Below, one piece after another: positions 52,869 through 64,000 of a DNA stretch of 64,000 nt (the first letter of the stretch is position 1; every line of letters begins with the position of its first letter). The DNA is taken from NCBI GenBank assembly GCA_022813965.1, contig JALDZS010000125.1, positions 1-64,000 on the forward strand, read 5' to 3'. The DNA comes from Toensbergia leucococca. Taxonomy: Eukaryota. The notes beneath the pieces were generated by a model. That model did not search any database and had not been told where the DNA came from. It saw only the letters and a program-made list of their open reading frames with translations. The translations under genes were made by a program, and so were the position numbers.

Positions 52869-55203
52869 ATGGCAACTAACCAGAAGGCCGGCGCTCCTGC
52901 GTCAGCAGTCAAGAATGCAAGAGAGCAGGCATTTACCACATACATGAAGACTGAGCCTCAAGTCAAGCCTGAAATCAAGCCTCAAGCCCAGGCCCAGACT
53001 CAGCCTCAGCATAAATTGTTCCATGTCCCATTGCGTGCGAGAGCAAGTCGGCCTACACTTGCTACTCACCAAGACACCGGTCCGCCGTCGCCCGGTCTGC
53101 ATACAAGACATGTGGAGATCCCACCCCGTATCAGGTATGCTTCCCCATCAATTGACTGAATTACCCCGCCCAAACATATCGTATCTGATTAATCAAGTCC
53201 AAGTAGCAGACACCCTCCTCCTCCAGCAGGATTGTTGATTCATCATTATGAACAGCATTCACCCGCGACTCTCACGCCCATGTCGGCCACGTCTTCTACA
53301 GACACATATTTCACCAATGCGACGTCTGTTGCTGCCAATGCAGCCTATCAACAGAAACCCACTTTCCCTCCCGATGACCTGGACCAGGACCAATTGACCT
53401 CTTTTGTCGAAGATGATCTGCGTTCGTTTGACCTTATCACCCTCACGGGAGAAGAAGAGTATGAAGTGTTTTCCATCGAACATCGTTCGCAGCAACTCTT
53501 TTCTCATGAACACTTGCAAGTCATCTGCGCCGACTCCGCCATGCTGGTGCAGTTCATGGCCTTTCTGAATACCTATCGACTGAAGTCCCTCCCAATTTTT
53601 CTTTATTACCTTGACTCATCAAAAGCACTAAAAGCTGTCAATTTTGCAAACGCCATTCTTCATGATCTGAAAGCAGTGGAGGGCTGCGATTTTACATCGT
53701 GCGCTCTTCAAGTTACCACCAACACTGACCTTGAAGATAAAAACAATCAAGCTTTTGAGGTGCTGGTCAAAGAAGATCTTCCGGCTTACATTGCTCACAT
53801 CTACATACAATCAGTCAGTGCAAGTATTTCCAAGAGAGTAAAAGGTACTCTCCCTGCCCACCTGAGAGAAGCATCCGAGGGACTGGCCGAGGTTTTCTGT
53901 ATTACGGACCCATCCAAACCTGACAACCCTATCGTCTTCGCTTCTAAAGGTAAGCCTGCCCTGATCGAAGTAAAATCTTGGGCAACGCTGAAGTAGGTGG
54001 GCATCAGAGTTTCATCTCACAACCCAGTATGGAGTCAACTACGCCATAGGACGTAACTGTCGATTCCTTCAGGGTGCTCAAACGAATCCTTTGAGCATTA
54101 AGAGACTACGTGATGCGATCCAAAATGGCAAGGAACATTGCGAAGTACTACTTAATTAGTCAGTCCCTCTGCTCACACTTGCGAAGCATGTCATTGCTAA
54201 AATCCTGTGCAGTCACCGTGATGGCTCTGCGTTTATGAACATGCTTATGATAGCCCCTCTCCGTGATGGGAAAGGCAAGGTCCGGTACTACATTGGCGCT
54301 CAAGTCGATGTCAGTAATCTCGTAAAGGAATACACCGACATGGAATCGCTACAACGACTTGTTCTGCAAGAGCGTAGAAAGCGAAGCTCTGCTGAAGGCG
54401 CGGGTATTGATGAAGCTGAAGAGAAAAAGGACGAATTCCAAGAGCTCAGCGAGATGCTGAACTCTGAAGAACTAGATACCGTTCGACGATTCGGCGGCCG
54501 AATGTTCGCTCGTCCCGATGATGCTAAAGATGGTTCAAAAGGTGGCACGCAAAGACCCCGACTCCGCCTAAAGCAGTCAAACACGGACTTCAATCTTAGT
54601 TCTCGCCTCGATCAGAGCGCAAGTGGTCTCTTGACCGGTGTCTACCAACACGTACGTCCTCTCTCTTTCCTGTCTCGTGCGTTACTGATCTAGTTTCAGT
54701 ATCTTCTCTTGCGCCCGAATGCATCCCTCAACGTGCTCTACACTTCCCCCTCTCTCGCTCCTGTATGCCAGTCCTCATTCATGCCCCACGTCGTTTCTGC
54801 ACCCCGCATCCGCGAGTCACTTATCGCGGCCTTCGCAGAAGGTCGTAGCGTAACTGCGAAAATCAAATGGATAAACTCGCCTAGGGCCGCCAGCAAGGAC
54901 AACGAAGCCCACACGGCCGAAGATGGTCGCAACAAATGGATACATTGCACGCCTCTTTATGGCTCGGATGGTCGCATCGGAGTCTGGATGGTTGTATTTG
55001 TTGATGATGACAGTGAGACGGACGGAGAGAAAGAACGACGTTGGGATAGGGAAACCGCGTACGGATCCAGCAGTTCTATCAAGGATTTTCAGGTGGGTGA
55101 GGAATCTAGGCCAGCGAGTTCAAAGGGCAGCTTTGATGTGGCGAGTCTGTACGGGAGTGGCAAAGGCAAGGGAGCTGAATCGGTTTACTCGGTGCGGATT
55201 TGA
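52869..55203 (+). CDS. RGS-like/LOV/PAS protein with a canonical LOV core
   Basis: RGS-like LFSHEHLQVI..EDLPAYIAH and AEVFCITDPSKPDNPIVFAS. Exon about 54008-54158 (absent from the ORF track) reads FHLTTQYGVNYAIGRNCRFLQG..EVLLNY, then HRDGSAFMN..YIGAQVDVS. C-terminal KWIHCTPL..IGVWMVVF. Start codon tentative. Confidence 0.88.
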
Positions 55204-57162
55204 AGAGACAGAGAATCTCTGTGCCTTTTTTTTAAGGGGGTGTGGTCGATGTTACGTTGCGAGCTCTCAGATGGTCTCGTTTCGGGCGTTTTTTTTTTCA
55301 TCATGGTTCTGGGCATGCATATACCCTTTACTAGCATAGCATCGGTTGTACTGTCAACCTCGCTCGCGGAATTCTACCAAAAGGGCCTTACCGGTTTAGG
55401 TCTCTTTCTTGTATTTGGTAGATTCTAGATTTTGCATGAAAGGGAATTGATTTCCCTCTTTTTTTTTTTGTCTTTTTTTTGGGGGGGGGGACATCCGATT
55501 GATTGGGTAGGTAGGTAGGTACCTATTGGGCGTACTCGTAGAAAGATATGGGGGGGTTTTTTCTAAATCGAACCGCCCCCCTTTTTTTTCCCGGGAGAAG
55601 GGCAGGTTTTTGCTTTTTTAGTCGTCTGAGGGTTTTGTTGAGATGGTACGTGTATATGATTATCTTTTTTCTTGAAATTTTTTCTGTTTGCCCTCACTCA
55701 CTCATTCGTCGTTTTGATTGGGTTTGTTTTGTTTTATCAGGCTACTTATGTACCCTTTTTTTTTTTTTTTTTTGTCTATCTACCGTCACCAATAGCTGCC
55801 CATTTTTGGGGGGGGATTGTGTGTTTTTGTGTTTTCTTTGGTTTCGGGGGGTTTTTTTTTCTTTCTTTCTTTCTTCTTACCTGATGATGACGGCGATGAC
55901 GATGAGGAGGAGGAGGAGGGGCTGTCACATATATACCCCCTCCCCTCCCCTCCCCTCCTCTCTCCTCTCCTCTCTCCTCCCTCCTCCCTCCACTTCCCTC
56001 CCCCCTCCCTCACCACCACACAAACCCACAAACCCACAAACCCACAAATCCACAAACTCCAAAAAAGAATACACTATAGGGCTCCAATCACCTAAGTCCG
56101 CAAACCCCCTGCTCCAACCCCAAACCCAATCTACCCTTCCTCGCCTACATCGAATTCAGGTAAGAAAAGTGCCTCATTTGTTCGTTGTACGCCAGGGGGC
56201 GGCCGACCGAAACTTCCACCGCGTTAATTTAATTTCATTTTCTAGGATGGATCCTTGCCGGTTTTGTGTATGATGGTTTTTGGGGGGTTTTATGGTCCTC
56301 TCTTTTTCGGCGGTGATTGTGGGATTTTTCTTTTTTGGGGGTTGGGGGGGGGGGTTTTTTGGGGTCTTTTGGGATTACGTAGATCGATGAGGTAGATACT
56401 ACAACTCTTACACCCTTCCTCCCCCCCCAAAGCCAGTACGAACCCCACACCCACATCCACAACCTCCCTCCCTTCCCGCCCATATCACAAAACACACACC
56501 GTTCCAATCCATCACTACCCAAAATCCCGGTCCCACTAATTCATTAATTCACTCCTTAATTTTTTTCTTTTTCAAATTTCCCTATCCCCCTCCCCCCCGT
56601 CGACGGGTTAGGCCCAGCTTGAGGGCTCTTGGTTTTACGTGTAGAATCTAGGGGAGTTTTGAGTCCAAGTCTGCGGGGTAATTATAAACAGGTCGATTGG
56701 ATGCATTTTTTTGTGAGTGAGACTCCCCCTTTTTTGTGGGTGGGGAGCTAGAGGAGGGGGGGATCGGTTGGTTTTTCTTTGCGGGTGCTGGGCTGGGCTG
56801 CTGGGGATTGGGGGATGGATGGAGCTGAAGGGGGAACGTTTGCACGTACGTACTCCGGATTTTATGATACAGGTACATGCGATGCGGGCGGATGGGCGTG
56901 TGAGGGGTTGACTTATCGGAGAGTCCGGCTGGGCTGGGCTGCAGAAGGCGGGGTAAATAGGTAGGTAGGTAGGTACCTACCTAGGTAGCTTGGTTCGCAC
57001 CGTCATGGCGGGGTACAGAAACAAACTCACTTCCCCACACCAAGGTCAATTGAATCCGCTTCAAAGGATCGTCTAAACTCAACATCAGCGCCCCCAAACG
57101 CCAGCTTAAAGAATGAAGCTTTCCAGCTAAGACGGCCTCCTCCTCTGCCACCCCAACCAGCC

Positions 57163-57708
57163 ATGGACGCCCCCACCCTCCGCGCCAAACAAGCTCCCCT
57201 CAAAGACACCTACCGCACCACCCCCTCCTCCGCCCTCCTGACCCTTAAAACAAGCGGCACCCTCGACTCCTCCACGCTCACTTGCAAACTCTCCACCGGC
57301 GCAGCCCTCGCCTCCGCCAAGGAGAAAATCGCAGGTCTTCACCCCGCAGCTGGCGGTGACGATCCCACCATCTCCGGCGAGCTGTGCAGTGGCGATATGC
57401 TGCTCGAGGCACTGGTGGCGTGCGCGGGCGTCACGCTCAAGGCTGTGGCGACGGCGATGGAGATTCCGATCCGGTCCGGTAGGGTGCTGGCGGAGGGTGA
57501 TTTGGACTTTAGGGGGACGATGGGAGTGGACAAGGGGGCTCCGGTGGGATTTGTGGAGGTGAGGTTGGGGTTCGAATTGGATACTGATGCTGAGGTTGGG
57601 AAGGTGGAGAAGCTGGTAGAGCTTACGGAGAGGTATTGTGTTGTTTTGCAGACGATTTCAAAGGGGCCGAGGGTGGTTGTTTCGGCGAGGAAGATCGAGG
57701 GGGGGTAG
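57163..57708 (+). CDS. OsmC/Ohr-family protein, single exon
   Basis: AGLHPAAGG..LCSGDMLLEALVACAGVT, AEGDLDFRGT and TERYCVVLQTI, with both family cysteines present. Confidence 0.88.
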   Translation: MDAPTLRAKQAPLKDTYRTTPSSALLTLKTSGTLDSSTLTCKLSTGAALASAKEKIAGLHPAAGGDDPTISGELCSGDMLLEALVACAGVTLKAVATAMEIPIRSGRVLAEGDLDFRGTMGVDKGAPVGFVEVRLGFELDTDAEVGKVEKLVELTERYCVVLQTISKGPRVVVSARKIEGG

Positions 57709-59244
57709 AGGGTTGGTTGGCGGTTGTGGATGTTGGCAGAAGCTGGTTTTGGATTGGGGAAAGTTGCGGGAGTCGTTGTACATGGGGCTGTGTGGCCTGT
57801 ACCCATTGCTTATTTGGGGGTTGCCGAGAATGTAGGATTGACTCGAAGAACGGACTTCATGGATATTCATAGCAACTGGAGTCCTTACTGGGAGCCATGT
57901 GGGCGCCGTGCTCTACCAATACTGACCACCAAGAGGTGTTGTTTTTTCCCTGCCCCACATCTCCAGCTCTCAAGCATGGACTATCTGCAGTATGGACATT
58001 ACCAGCTTACTCCACGATCCCAAGCTCTTGCAGATCTCTCATGGTAGCCAAGGTCGGCTCCAATTTGATGCTGGATGTGGTGCTGCCATAACGAGTAGAG
58101 CAAAATCTTCCAAGGCGGCTGGACTCTTCCATACGGATTTCAGGCGCTCGGTTTGTCGAGCTATAGATGAGGTGGGGAAGGACGGCGAATTGGTGCTTTC
58201 CTTGACTGGACTGCGGAATGCGACGTTATAGTATTGGCTGCGTCAACGGACTCGTTCAAAGATTCCTTCATCGGTGGGGGGTGTGTGTGCTTTTGCTCGC
58301 AGGATGGAAATTAGCTGTTGGGGATGCTAATATTGGGAGTAGCGAAGTGAGGCGGCGGCGCAGTAGAGTAGGTAATCTCAGCTTATTTCATGCATGTAAC
58401 GATGGCGAGGCGATGTAGAGGAAGCAGGTGACTGTTTAACTGAGTGGAAGGATTCTTGCGTCACTTGCTCCATAGTCAAAGGTCAATTGATCCCATCGAT
58501 GGGATAGGGGGTTTAGCTAGCTGCGGCCTGTGGGTAGAAACATGGTAACAAGCGAGGTAGGGATGTGGTAGAATACGGATATTTAATCTCTAGCGCGAAG
58601 TCCACTCGTCCAGACCTAACCCTCGACCTTTATTTCAGTGCAGTATCCCTACCGAGTACTTTCGTGACTGAACCAAGAACATCGTTGCAGGTAGACTGTG
58701 ACATTACTGGGCAGTGCCATGGTTAAACAAGTGAAGTGCAATCAAATACCGAGTCACTGTTGAAACGGCCAGGAGTTTAGTCTGTCTGACAAGGCTGAAT
58801 CAAACGCCACCTCCGCTGATTCGCTGGTAGCTGCTTTGACGGAGCTGCATGAGTAGAATAACATTTTCTCTAGGTACTTGAAAAGTCGAAAATATCCTTC
58901 TCTGAACGCGGCTGACACAATGGCTTGCAGATGTCCGCACCACCCATCCGCTCTCATTGGTTTATTGCCCCAAGTCCTTTCGGGATGGCGCTTCTTGTAT
59001 TTGCCTTGTTTCTGTAGGCAGCACTGCGCCCCGTATTCGAAGCGGCACGGGCGCATGAGGCATTTCCAAGCCCCGCTATTCGAGATGGCCTTCTCCAGTC
59101 GTCGTTCTTTTCTTTCAAACGACTTGATTTCCTGCAAATCAGTCGGTCTAGAAGAAGCGCATTCTGCGAAGAAAAGCTGCAAGACATCTCATTGATAGCT
59201 TACTTCTAGCGCTATTCCATTCCATCAGGGCAAGAATATCCACC

Positions 59245-61919
59245 ATGGGCTCTGGCTCGGTAATAGGAGAAGAACGAGCCGAGTCAATTGATGATGAATT
59301 TGTCAACTCTGCCTTCGTGAATCCCTTTCAGGGGAAAAGCCATGCCGCCATGGATCAACTAATTGCACAATTCATGGCCATAACCCAAATCGACTCGACT
59401 TACGCCGAGCATATTCGGAAGGGTGCCTTCCTCGCGCAGGACCATGAGGCTTTTGCGAGACCACGAGACGATGGACTTCAACTCAAGACGGATGAGTGGG
59501 AGGCTTTAAGGCGAGAGCGTGATAGTAAATGGAAGCAACCGTGGATTTTATTCGCTTTGGTTGGATGTTGCTCTTTGGGTGCGTCTGTACAAGGTTGGGA
59601 TGAAGTAGGTTACCTGATTCGAGCTTCTGAGAAAAATACTGATATCTCTGCCAATTGAAGACAGCCGTCAATGGAGGTATGAACATCGTGGAAGGTGACA
59701 TTGACCAGAAGCTAACGTCAAATGTGCCATTGTAGCGCAAGTCTTTTATAGGCATGCGTTCGGCATCCAGGACAACCCCGGCTTGCAAGGTCTTGTGAAT
59801 GGAGCTCCTTACTTGTGTTGTGCCGTTCTAGGATGTTGGTTGAATTATCCCCTTAATCACTACTTGGGAAGAAGGGGAACCATTTTCGTCACTTGCCTAC
59901 TTTCTAGCCTGACTTGTCTATGGCAAGCACTTACAGGTTCATGGTGGCATTTGTTCATAGCCAGATTCTTTCTAGGTTTGGGAATAGGAGCGAAAAGTGC
60001 GACCATTCCCGTCTATGCTGCAGAGTGTACTCCAGCCAATATCCGAGGCGCTTTCGTCATGATGTGGCAGATGTGGACTGCTTTCGGTATCATGCTTGGC
60101 TATATGGCCGGAGTCGCTTTCCGATCTGTACTCGATGCTGGTTCGAGCAAATGCGCTCCTGGGGCAGATCCGCAAACACTGCTGAGTATTTCTTGCGTAA
60201 GTGACCAAAAACGACCAAGCTACAATGAGGGAGTTATGGCTGATATATTCGATCGATATGCAGAGTCTCAACTGGAGGCTGATACTAGCAAGTCCGGTAT
60301 GTTGCCATCTCTTATGGCCAGTCCCATGTAGATTGGGTCTCCCATGGAAGAAGTACTGGAAGCTAAACGATCCGTTGTTAGATGGTACTCCCACTCGTAG
60401 TCGTTGCCTATGTCTTTACTCTACCAGAATCACCACGGTAAGACTTTCTTAGTTTCGATGCAGCTTTAGCTTCCGCTGGATTAGCCGATTGCTAACACTC
60501 TTGCCTCCTTAGCTGGCTTCTGCTCAAAGCTCGATCGGGAGAAACTGCCAAATACAAAAAGGCGTTTGACTCGCTACGCAGACTCCGGCACACCAGACTT
60601 CAAGCTGCCAGAGATCTCTTCCTTATCCATCATCTTCTGGACGCCGAGGAGAAGATCAAACACCACCGTCATAGGTTGATAGAGCTATGGTCGGTTGGTC
60701 GTAACCGCAGGGCTTTGATTGCGAGCTTGATTGTCATGTTTATGCAACAATTCTGTGGTGTAAACGTCTTGGTCTATGTATGTTTCCTTCTCATACCTTC
60801 TCTGTATCTTCGCCGTGGCGTTATGTTGGACATCTTGTAGAGTTGCTGACATATTCCCAAGTATTCTTCCTCGATCTTTGGAGATGCCAATTACAGCTCG
60901 GCGAAAGCTCTATTAGTATGCACCTCTTACGTTCAAGGCTGTCTAGTATGCTTGACTAATTGCAACTTAGGCTTCAATGGGATTTGGAATCATCAACTTT
61001 GTATTTGCGATCCCGGCAATCTTTGCTATCGATAGCTTCGGTCGACGGAATCTGCTCCTTACGACATTTCCCTTGATGGCATTGTTCCAATTGTTGACTG
61101 GACTTGCGTTCTTGTTCAAAGGCGAAGCACAGACTGTTTTGGTCATGGTTGGGATGTGTGAGTCTACTCTTTCAATGTTGTGTACTTGATCACTCAAGCT
61201 TACCACATCTTGACATGCAGACCTTTTCAGCGTAGCCTACAGTCCTGGAGAAGGACCAGTGCCATTCGTAAGGAACACGCAGATCTCTTGGTCAATGAAA
61301 GTTGCTAAGGTTTTCTTTAGGTCTACTCGGCTGAAAGCATGCCACTCTACGTTCGCGACCATGGTCAGTTGATGTTTTCTGATGGCGTTTGAGTGACGAC
61401 TGACCTTGATGTCCAGGCATGTCTGTGGTCACTGCCATTAATTGGTTGTTCAATTTCACAGTTGCTATATCATTCCCAAGGCTGGAGAAGGCCTTTAAAC
61501 CTACTGGAGCGTTTGGCTACTATGCTGCTTGGTGTGTAGTTGGATGGTTTCTAATACTACTGTAAGTCCTGTCCTTTCGATGCTCCAAGCTCTGGAGTTC
61601 GTCAGGAAGATGCAGATGCTAATACTTGAAATACATTAGGTTCGTACCGGAGACAAAGAGCCTTACTCTGGAGCAACTAGATGCTCGGTTCAACATGTCG
61701 TCTCGGGATCATGCATCTCATGCGATCAAAGAGTGTTTGTACAATATTCGTCGCTTTACTCCCGGACTCAAGGCCGGAAACAAGCCTGAAGACCCTTTGC
61801 GGTCAAGGTCGCAGCAGTTGACTCGTCTTCCACGAAAGATTTCGCTGGATGAAGGAGTTCCACATTCGTTTTCCATGCCTGTGCAAGTATCGCCTTTTGG
61901 ACCTAACAAAACGGAATGA
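59245..61919 (+). CDS. MFS sugar-porter family transporter (polyol/inositol-type subfamily)
   Basis: GASVQGWDE, LGRRGTI, PVYAAECTPANIRG, PESPR/W, QQFCGVNV, IDSFGRRNLLL, YSPGEGPVPF and VPETKSLTLEQLD. Many short introns. Confidence 0.92.
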
Positions 61920-62057
61920 TGAGATGTTGTATATTCTTGTAAATTGTTATTGCAGAAGTCAGTGTAATGTATTTAATTGTGAGATAAGTGGAGTCTTTTA
62001 AAGTACCTACTACAGTCTGCCATGACTGCCACTCTCACTGTACTGCTTCGTTGCTAC

Positions 62058-62095
62058 TGATCATTCACAATTGATCATTCATAACTGATCATTCA
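62058..62095. repeat. TGATCATTCA x3 with 14-bp period, upstream of the secreted-protein gene
   Basis: Copies at 62058, 62072 and 62086. Confidence 0.85.
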
Positions 62096-62265
62096 CCACA
62101 ACCACAATTCACAGTCCGACCCATCCAAGCAAACCTCATACTCTTCCTCTTCCTCTTCTACTTCTTCTTCCTTTCACATCCATCTACTCTTCCTTCCCAT
62201 CCACACCCATCCTAAAACTCACCCTCATCCAAAAACAACACCACAATCTCACCCTTCCAAAAACC

Positions 62266-62709
62266 ATGCGTTCCTTCATCCAAACCCTCCTCGCCCTCTC
62301 CATCACCCTCCTAACCCTCCCCACCTCAACCTCAGCCCAAGACTGGGCCTTCACAGTCTTCGAGCACAAAGATGTCAGCAGCGGCGGCACCTGCGTCACC
62401 TACACCGAGGGCTTCTCCGGCAACGGCAACTCGGCCTGCATCCCCGTCCAGGCCAAATGGGACTCATACTGCTATGTCGTCAATACCAATTTCGGGTCGG
62501 AGAATTGCTTTGTGGAGCTTTTTACCAAGGCGGATTGTTCGAGTGGGTATATTGGGGGGTTTATTGGGAAGGATGGTGAGTTTTTTTGATTGGGTTTGTT
62601 GGGGGGTGGTTTTTGAGGGCTTTTTTGGCTAACAGATTGGTGTGTAGTCAGCGAAGGCTGCGTCAATACGGAGAATGTCATCCGTGCCTTCAAGGTCATC
62701 TCCTGCTGA
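62266..62709 (+). CDS. Small secreted cysteine-rich protein (about 123 aa)
   Basis: Signal peptide MRSFIQTLLALSITLLTLPTSTSA|Q. Intron 62576-62647 (GTGAGT..GCTAAC..TAG) adds VSEGCVNTENVIRAFKVISC*. Seven Cys. Confidence 0.8.
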
Positions 62710-64000
62710 TGTCTCAACCTCCAAGGTAAGTCCCACTTCCGTTACTCCCAGCACCAAAGGTTCGCCGACGACCTCGATACTAACGCCACACCATTCTTTT
62801 GACTGCAGATACCCCCCAGTTTTTTAAAACTTGGAAGTGAGGGGGGAGATGGGAAGATGGCAATAATCCCCTTTTCTTCTTCTTCTGGGTTTGCGGGATG
62901 GTGGATGGGATTTTCCAAGGGGGGGGCTAGTCTGGTGGCAGGGAGATTTGGATTGCTCTTTTCCTTTTTTTTTACCTGAGTGAGGATGTGGCTTTGATGG
63001 GTGTGGGGCTTGTTCTTGTTAGCTTGATCGATGCGAAGGGGCTCTGATAGATCAGAAAGAGAATTCTTAACTCTTTCTTTGCATGCCATGTGGCACGGCC
63101 CCCCTTCTTCTTCTTCTTCGGTGCTTTGTAAATCTCAAGTTACCGTTGTCAGTTGTCAGCCGTATAGGAGCTAAACCTCACTCATGTAAGTGTTGGGTTT
63201 GAAGCGGTGCTAGCTTCAGATTTGTACGTCTTTGCTGCTTTTGGTTGTGTTGGAACGGGTGTTTTATGACCCACCTAGAATGTCTGAATGAAAAGGGAAG
63301 AATTTTGTGTGTGATTTTAATTGGAGCTTCTGTGCACAAGGCTCTGTAAATGGAATCGATGCTAGAGTCAAGAGATTTTTTCTTCCATGGAAAGGGGGGT
63401 GCTTGAGATGTTTCGTTGAGCATGGTTATGTATGACACTCATATCTTCAGCCCTTCACATCTTATGAAAAGGGATATGCTCAGGGATACTGTCACAATGT
63501 CTTTAATTTGATGAAAAGTCTTGACGGAATCTCGGATTTGGTCATCTGAGGATCTTGTCTTTGGACTCGGATACAAATGCCGCCAGAAACACTCATCAAT
63601 ACTCCCCCCGTTCATAGCCCTGAACCCGCCTGCCTCTGACAAAATGCCGGGATATTTCTAGGTAGAACACCCGCTTTCCTTCTTCACGGACACAGATATC
63701 AACAGATCGCTACTACCCAGTTGCGCAGAGATATTCTCCACCAGGCGCTGTAGCAAACACATCCTCCCCTCCCCCCCGGGGTGTGAGGATAGATTCAAGC
63801 CTGACAGTGTCAACAGCGCTATGATTGATCTTGACCTTCTCAGTGCTCTGGTTCACGTTTTTGATGGAGCACATTTCTCTTCACCCTGAACAATGAGCAT
63901 CATGAATCATCTGACATTGATCAAGTCCGCCCGCTGTGCTGCTGAGAACACTGTTGTCAAGTAAGTGAGTGTGTCAGCTCATGTATGTGAGTCCATGAGC

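Noticed and set aside
55548..56273. 241-aa Phe/Pro-rich ORF
   Set aside because: It is a product of low-complexity T/G and C/A tracts and is not protein-like.
58754..59182. 142-aa minus-strand ORF upstream of the transporter
   Set aside because: Non-ATG start, no motif, and it lies in the probable promoter/5'UTR.

Overview
Gene-dense nuclear DNA from a filamentous ascomycete (Pezizomycotina). Genes carry short GT-AG introns with CTAAC/CTGAC branch sites. A lichen-forming lineage is plausible but unproven. The left half (1.7-31 kb) is housekeeping: a CpG-free TIR element, RAD14/XPA, striatin, divergent ATP2/COX5, mitochondrial ClpX, glycogen branching enzyme, GAPDH, an HDA1-type deacetylase, an F-box-like gene, a chromodomain protein with an embedded Tbf1/TRF-like Myb (telobox) domain, and Rab11/Ypt31. 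The right half (34-63 kb) holds a PTH11-like receptor, three RGS(-like)-LOV-PAS genes bracketing an alpha-1,3-glucan synthase, an OsmC-family gene, a sugar/polyol porter and a small secreted Cys-rich protein. The main observation comes from hand-splicing the LOV genes. Two have a canonical photoactive core. The third (minus strand, 36551-39513) has the adduct Cys replaced by Ala, a flavin-binding Asn by Ser and the signalling Gln by Ser, yet is otherwise intact. It sits head-to-head with a BcLOV4-like photoreceptor. Exon boundaries were read by eye and are approximate.
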